Assembly: GCA_965644315.1 (NCBI GenBank)
Contig: CBFFRQ010000038.1
Coordinates: 293,178-357,177, forward strand
Length of the DNA stretch: 64,000 nt
Origin: Caecitellus pseudoparvulus
Taxonomy: Eukaryota > Protista > Bigyra: Bicosoecida
Direction of reading: 5' to 3'
In this document: positions 59,310-64,000 of the stretch, piece after piece
Layout: each line of letters starts with the position of its first letter
Position numbering within the stretch: position 1 is the stretch's first letter
Made by a program: the position numbers and the translations under genes
The notes under the pieces: model-generated
Databases searched by the model: none
The model's input: the letters and a program-made list of their open reading frames with translations, nothing else
What the model was told of the DNA's origin: nothing

Positions 59310-61530
59310 ATGTCTGGCCGCAAGCGCCCCCGGAATGCACGCGTTCAGGCAGATGCGCCGACGAGTGGCAAAAGAACCGCAGTTGAAGGCTCGCAAGCGG
59401 ACACACATGCACTGGTCCGACAGTTCCTTCAAGGTAACGCACCGACTTCCCGACTGCGGACGGGCGCGAGGCTCGGGGCAGCAGGACGGGTGTTTGAGCT
59501 GCCTGCAACGCCTCCAGGAAGCGAACTCGCTGCGCAAGAATCACCCGCCATCGCAACGCCTACCAGACCAGTCCGGATTGCTGCCCTTACAGCAAGCATT
59601 GCCAGGAGGATGAAGACAAACGCTAAGGAACAACTGGAAGCTTTCGGTTCGTTTTCATTTCCGCTGTGTGAAACTCCGAAACGCTTCTCGCAAACACGCC
59701 TTCCTGACTCTGCCCGCAGACGAGGTCGTTGACATGAGTGGTGATGAGGGCAAGAGTGACAGTTCAAGTCCTGACTTGGAGAGTGGTGGTGTGTCCTGGA
59801 CAGCTGGCAGCCCTTCCCCACCACGGAGTGCTGCTGGTGCCGTCGGCGCGACACCAGCTGCCACTTCCCCTGCCCGTGCGTTGATGCGTCTCGACTCAGC
59901 GAGCCCAATTCCGTGGGCCTCTACTGATCGAGCTCTGTTGCAAACACCGTCCAAGAATGGGGTGCAGACGCACCCTGACAAGAAGGAGTTCGCCACCTTG
60001 ATGCCGTCGTCGACCTGGGCTGCCTTTGGAAACAAAGCAAGTGCATGGAGAATGTCTGGAGCTATCGTTCGTCTGGGTGTTCGTGAGGGTACCATTGACT
60101 ACTCATCTCTTGGGGGTCGTGTTGTCTCGTCGGGTGAGCCATGCCCGGAAGGCTCTGACAGAAGCCTGTTCCGGACTTTTGCCACACAAGGGAGCAACAA
60201 GATGCGAAGTGGCATTGTGGGCAAGAGCCTAGCTCACAAATTCTTGCCGTTGCTGCTCACTGCCTTCGAGGAGCATGACACGAACATGCTAGGAAGGCCA
60301 TGGCCGGAGCGAGACGACTCAAAGTACATGGTGTTGGTTTCAACACCAGGTAGTGATTCCCAAGAAGCCTTCCTGTCGTGGTCAGGCTTGGTCCTGGTTT
60401 CAAGCCTCCTTCGTGAGGCTCTGGTTCCAGCTTCAGGTACTTGGGCCAGCCTCGAAACGTTGAAGAAACAGGTTGACATCATCAACGGGTCTGAGGGCAG
60501 AAGGACGGGAAGCGGGGGGGCAAGCGAACCCACAGCCCCTAGCCACCCTGGTGCTCCCTCTCTTGATTTAAATGGAAAGAAGTACACACGTTGGGACATC
60601 ACGAAGGTGGGGTGGAGCAGGGCACGAAACGCAAGCGCCGCTGCGCGCTTGCGCTTCCAGCGCCTGCGGTGTAGCGTAACGAACAAGGAAATGTGGTTGC
60701 CTGTGGGACCAACTGATGACTTGCGCTATCCACCCCTGAACGGTGGACTGCTTCCGGGCGAGCTGATGAATTATGCAAGCGTGTGCCAAGGCAAAGCCAG
60801 GCCAAAGGCAACGATGTCTTCAGTGCCTCGCAACATCACCAACGGGATATTTGCAGAGGCTAGATCTGAAGGATCACACACAGTAGCCTCGCTGTTGGCG
60901 AGTGGCAGGCCCGCTGCGTTGCCCACTGAAAGTCCGCGACAGGGCGGAGAGTACCTATCAGGTGCGGGGAGTGGAACGAGCACGGGAAGCCGTGTTGCTG
61001 CTGTTGCAAAAGCAACTGGAGCCCTGGATGGAGGTCGCCTGGGGTCTGGCACGTCACCACCAGCCGCAGGCATGCGTGACATCGTTGCCCGTTTGGCAGA
61101 TTCGCTGGAGAAACGACAGGTTGCTGAAGAGGCAGCACGGGAACGACAAGCACAACAGGACGCCTCACTTCTTCAGTTTTTCCAGCAGTCCTTGCAAGTG
61201 CAGCAGCCCGCACCTTCGCTTTCGGTGCCTGCACCAGGTGCTGCTGCCGCACATAGTGAGCGTGCGGTAGATGCAGCGATATCAGGTGTAATTACAAGAG
61301 TGCAGGGGTGGTTGGACCTAAGCATCATTGACGGTGACCTTAGCATGCAAGAGCAGGTTCAGACTGTTTTGGAGCAGCTGCACAGCGGAAGTGTGCCTCC
61401 AACCTTGCGTGGCATGCCACCGCACCCGCTGTCAGACGCAGACAAGGAGCTGAAGGTCGCACGCGCCCGACTTCAAATGGTTACAGCCCTGAAGAAGCGT
61501 AGTGTTGCTGGGCAACCCATGCAGTCATGA
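59310..61530 (+). CDS. Harbinger companion protein (~715 aa), probable divergent Myb/SANT-like DNA-binding protein; intron 59647-59719
   Basis: NLS-like MSGRKRPR. A 73-nt GT-AG intron joins ORFs 59310 and 59668 in frame. Trp-spaced LSW...GTW...GKKYTRWDITKVGWSRAR segment and a C-terminal coiled coil. Position matches Harbinger ORF2. Confidence 0.72.
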
Positions 61531-61550
61531 ACATGAGACAACACACTGCA

Positions 61551-63379
61551 TTATTGACTGCCAACAGAGTCACCTTCCCAGTCACTCCCTTCATCACCTT
61601 CGCCGGCAGCCCCAGGCTGTTCAGGTGCTTGCAGGTGCAGAAGGGCTAGCTCTTCAACTCTCTCGCGGCACCACTGGGCAGTGCCCACCATGATGGAGCG
61701 ATACTGAACCCCAGCATACTTGAAGATGGTGTGGGTGGAAGCTGGCCAAGCGCCAGCTCCAGCACTTGCGTCTTCCATCCCATGGCACTCGGCATACTCC
61801 ATGAAGGGGGCTGCGCCTCAAGCAAGTCCTCTACCACCTTTGCCGTTGCTTCTTCCAGCAGGTCACCCCAGACAGTCCCCGGCGCTGTCACATCAAGGGC
61901 ATGCCACACAGATGCCCGCAATGGCAGAGCTCGCAGTACAAAGTTATGCAGTGCTACAGCTACACGTAGACGCAGTGCAACTGCTGCTGGCCCAAGGTTT
62001 CCATTCGCAGTGTTGTTCAAGATGCGGAACCTGTTCTTGAGCTCTCCAAATGCACATTCTACCTTAACTCGAATGTGCAAAAGTGCATCGTGGAAAATTG
62101 TCACCAAATGATTCGGCTGCACCACATCAGTGTCCCGCTGGTCGAACGGAAGAAGTAAGAATGTGTACCCCGGACGAAATCCCGAGTCTGCTGCCAATGT
62201 ATATGGGAGTGGACAAGGACGTAAGCTTGGGTTCCCGACCATTGCCGCAAACATGGGAGACCTTATGAGCTTCCCCCGATCGCTTTCGGCACCAGCATAC
62301 CCAATGTCTGCTTGCCAGAAGAGTCCGTGGCCACTTACCATGCACTGGGCACTAACCGAAGCCACGCCATCCTTGTTTATGTATACGCCCTTTCCACTAT
62401 CTTCACTGATGTAAGCACGCACATGTGTATCATCCACGCTGCCTGCTACGCACGGCAGCTGCATGCCTGACAGGGCAAAGTTCAATCGTACACTCTCCAT
62501 CCACTCCCCAGAATCTGGTGCTGGCATGTACACCTGCTGTTCAAACATGCTGGATGAGATAGACCGCAAGAAAACCTTTAGGATTCGACTGCATGTGGAC
62601 TTCGATGCCCCAGTGAACGCTTCTTGTCCAGCTCTCATGTTGAAACCCTTGCACATATAATGCACTCCAAGGCAACAAGCCTCCAGCCAACTGAAAGTGC
62701 ATCCTTGGCCGCAGAATGATGAGTCCACAGCACCCCACCAGTCTGCCACTGATGGCTGTTGCTGCACCATGGGACGCTCGCATGCCCCAAGGCGACTGCA
62801 GTGCTCGTGCAGACAGTCTTCCCTGTGGCGCCGAAGCTGTCTCTGCCAGGTCCTGTGCTCTTGTGAGTCTGGTTCCTCTGCAGGTTCATCACCTGCAAGC
62901 TCCACAGCGTGGGCCTCTACTTCCACGGGTAGGATCGAATGCATGACCCACCTGTACCAGAGTTTTGGTGCAGAAGATTTCATGAACCACACCGATAGAG
63001 CTAAAATAGTGTTCACACCAACAGAGCACAACTGCTTCATAGTATACTGCAACACCGTATGTGGGGTTGTGCAAACCTCGTGCTCTTCGAGAGGCACTCC
63101 ATGTTGCCGTGCCACCCACGTCCTCACACCGGATGCCAAACCTGCAAGAGGATTGGTGCGGCCACGTGCGCTGGCCCTCACGCCCTCCTCCAGAGCACAG
63201 TCTTCATCGAAGCACGGTAGTGGCACGGCCTGCTCGTGTCCATCTTCATCGGCCATTGCTACCACTGCCAGCAACAGTGCTGCTTCTGTGGCAATAAGTG
63301 CTTGGAGCGCTTGCAACCTACGGACATGCTGCCGCCGGCGCAACAGTAAAAAGGAAACCAGGAATTGCATGCCAGACAT
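61551..63379 (-). CDS. Harbinger transposase (DDE_Tnp_4/HARBI1-like), with a probable 1-nt frameshift at 61806-61810
   Basis: HTH F..SKST.SRI; GSVDDTHV (D), YINKDG..S...Q, GAESD, LAADSGF (D), RVKVECAFGELKNRFRIL (E), LHNF. As sequenced the frame stops at 61646; the alternative frame ends at 61551. Confidence 0.9.
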
Positions 63380-63972
63380 GGTTGTATGATCTGTGCAAGA
63401 CAATACGGGGAGTCTTTTCTCACAGTGCCTTGTTCGGCCTGTCTCAACCAAGACTCATTTCGATTTCCGCGAAACTCGCCTTGCGGGAAGTGCAAGCCTT
63501 CGAGGTGAAAATTGTGAATTGCAACCCTGGGACGCTGATCGTTTGATCGGTAGTTCGACACTGTGAAAGACACATGGGGGCTGGAGTGCTGGTTGCGCCG
63601 GTGTCGAATGCGGGTTTGTGAGCACCTCGATGACGACGCAGGCCCTCTGTTCGTAATCGACAGACAACTCACCCGAATCGAAAGAGGGTGATCACCAAAA
63701 CGGCCCGATTCCTCGAAATTCGGCCCACACTTCATAAAAATTTGCATTGGATCACGAAAGTGTACGAATACGCGCAAGTAGACTGGAACATAAGACAGCA
63801 GCCTCCTTTTACAAACGTGGGCAAGCAAATTCCGCATCCAGTTTGCATCACAGACCCAACCTTTCAAGCACACTCTGACAAAAATAATGTATGCATTCGT
63901 TATTTTATACTCAGTACATTATCACATACAACTATCGCCAACATGCCCTCCTGACAAGCTCAAAAACGAACC

Positions 63973-64000
63973 CCTCCTAACCACTCAATGGGACAGGGCC
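63973..64000 (-). repeat. Right terminal inverted repeat
   Basis: Reverse complement reads GGCCCTGTCCCATTGAG-N6-GGAGG; it ends at the last base of the window. Confidence 0.88.

Larger units (their letters stand above)
58991..64000. mobile_element. PIF/Harbinger DNA transposon (~5.0 kb) with two convergent genes
   Basis: TIRs GGCCGTGTCTCATTGAG (58991-59007) and the reverse complement of 63984-64000 (GGCCCTGTCCCATTGAG) match 15/17. Preceded by CAG (CWG-type target). Encodes a Harbinger DDE transposase plus a second gene. Visibly lower GC than the host DNA. Confidence 0.92.

Noticed and set aside
59024-63681. GAATCGA near both transposon ends (59024, 63675) as Myb-partner binding sites
   Set aside because: Too short and too few copies to distinguish from chance without other element copies.
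63259-63954. ORFs 63259-63873 (-) and 63688-63954 (+) as a third transposon gene
   Set aside because: No recognisable motif, they overlap the transposase start/promoter region, and their composition looks non-coding.

Overview
GC-rich (roughly 65% by eye), very compact eukaryotic nuclear DNA with short (about 65-130 nt) GT-AG introns. Ciliary genes point to a flagellated protist; the lineage cannot be fixed from this window. About 19 host genes: an unknown minus-strand gene, two hypothetical proteins, a D-threonine aldolase/DSD1-family PLP enzyme, a small secreted cystatin-like protein, an orphan kinesin, kinesin-9 (KIF9-like), a TTL-family ligase, SMC6, a Pif1 helicase with an apparent N-terminal RecQ-type RQC winged helix, phosducin-like PhLP2, WDR60-like dynein-2 intermediate chain, a ~4400-aa intronless membrane protein, a membrane-anchored GH63/MGH1-like probable pseudo-glycosidase, gamma-glutamyl hydrolase, a DysF + 2x U-box protein, a papain-family protease, glycogen debranching enzyme and an NWE-motif/EF-hand protein. 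A HAD phosphatase gene is cut off by a ~5.0 kb PIF/Harbinger transposon (58991-64000) whose right TIR ends at the last base of the window. The strongest candidate for an undescribed system is the giant protein: 48 integrin-alpha-type FG-GAP blades in eight 6-blade units, on a Ser/Pro/Thr stalk, fused to a ~9-TM Flc/Pkd2(TRP_C)-like domain. Other highlights are the RQC-Pif1 fusion, the DysF-double-U-box ligase and the atypical Harbinger. All family assignments come from motif recognition by eye; no searches were run.
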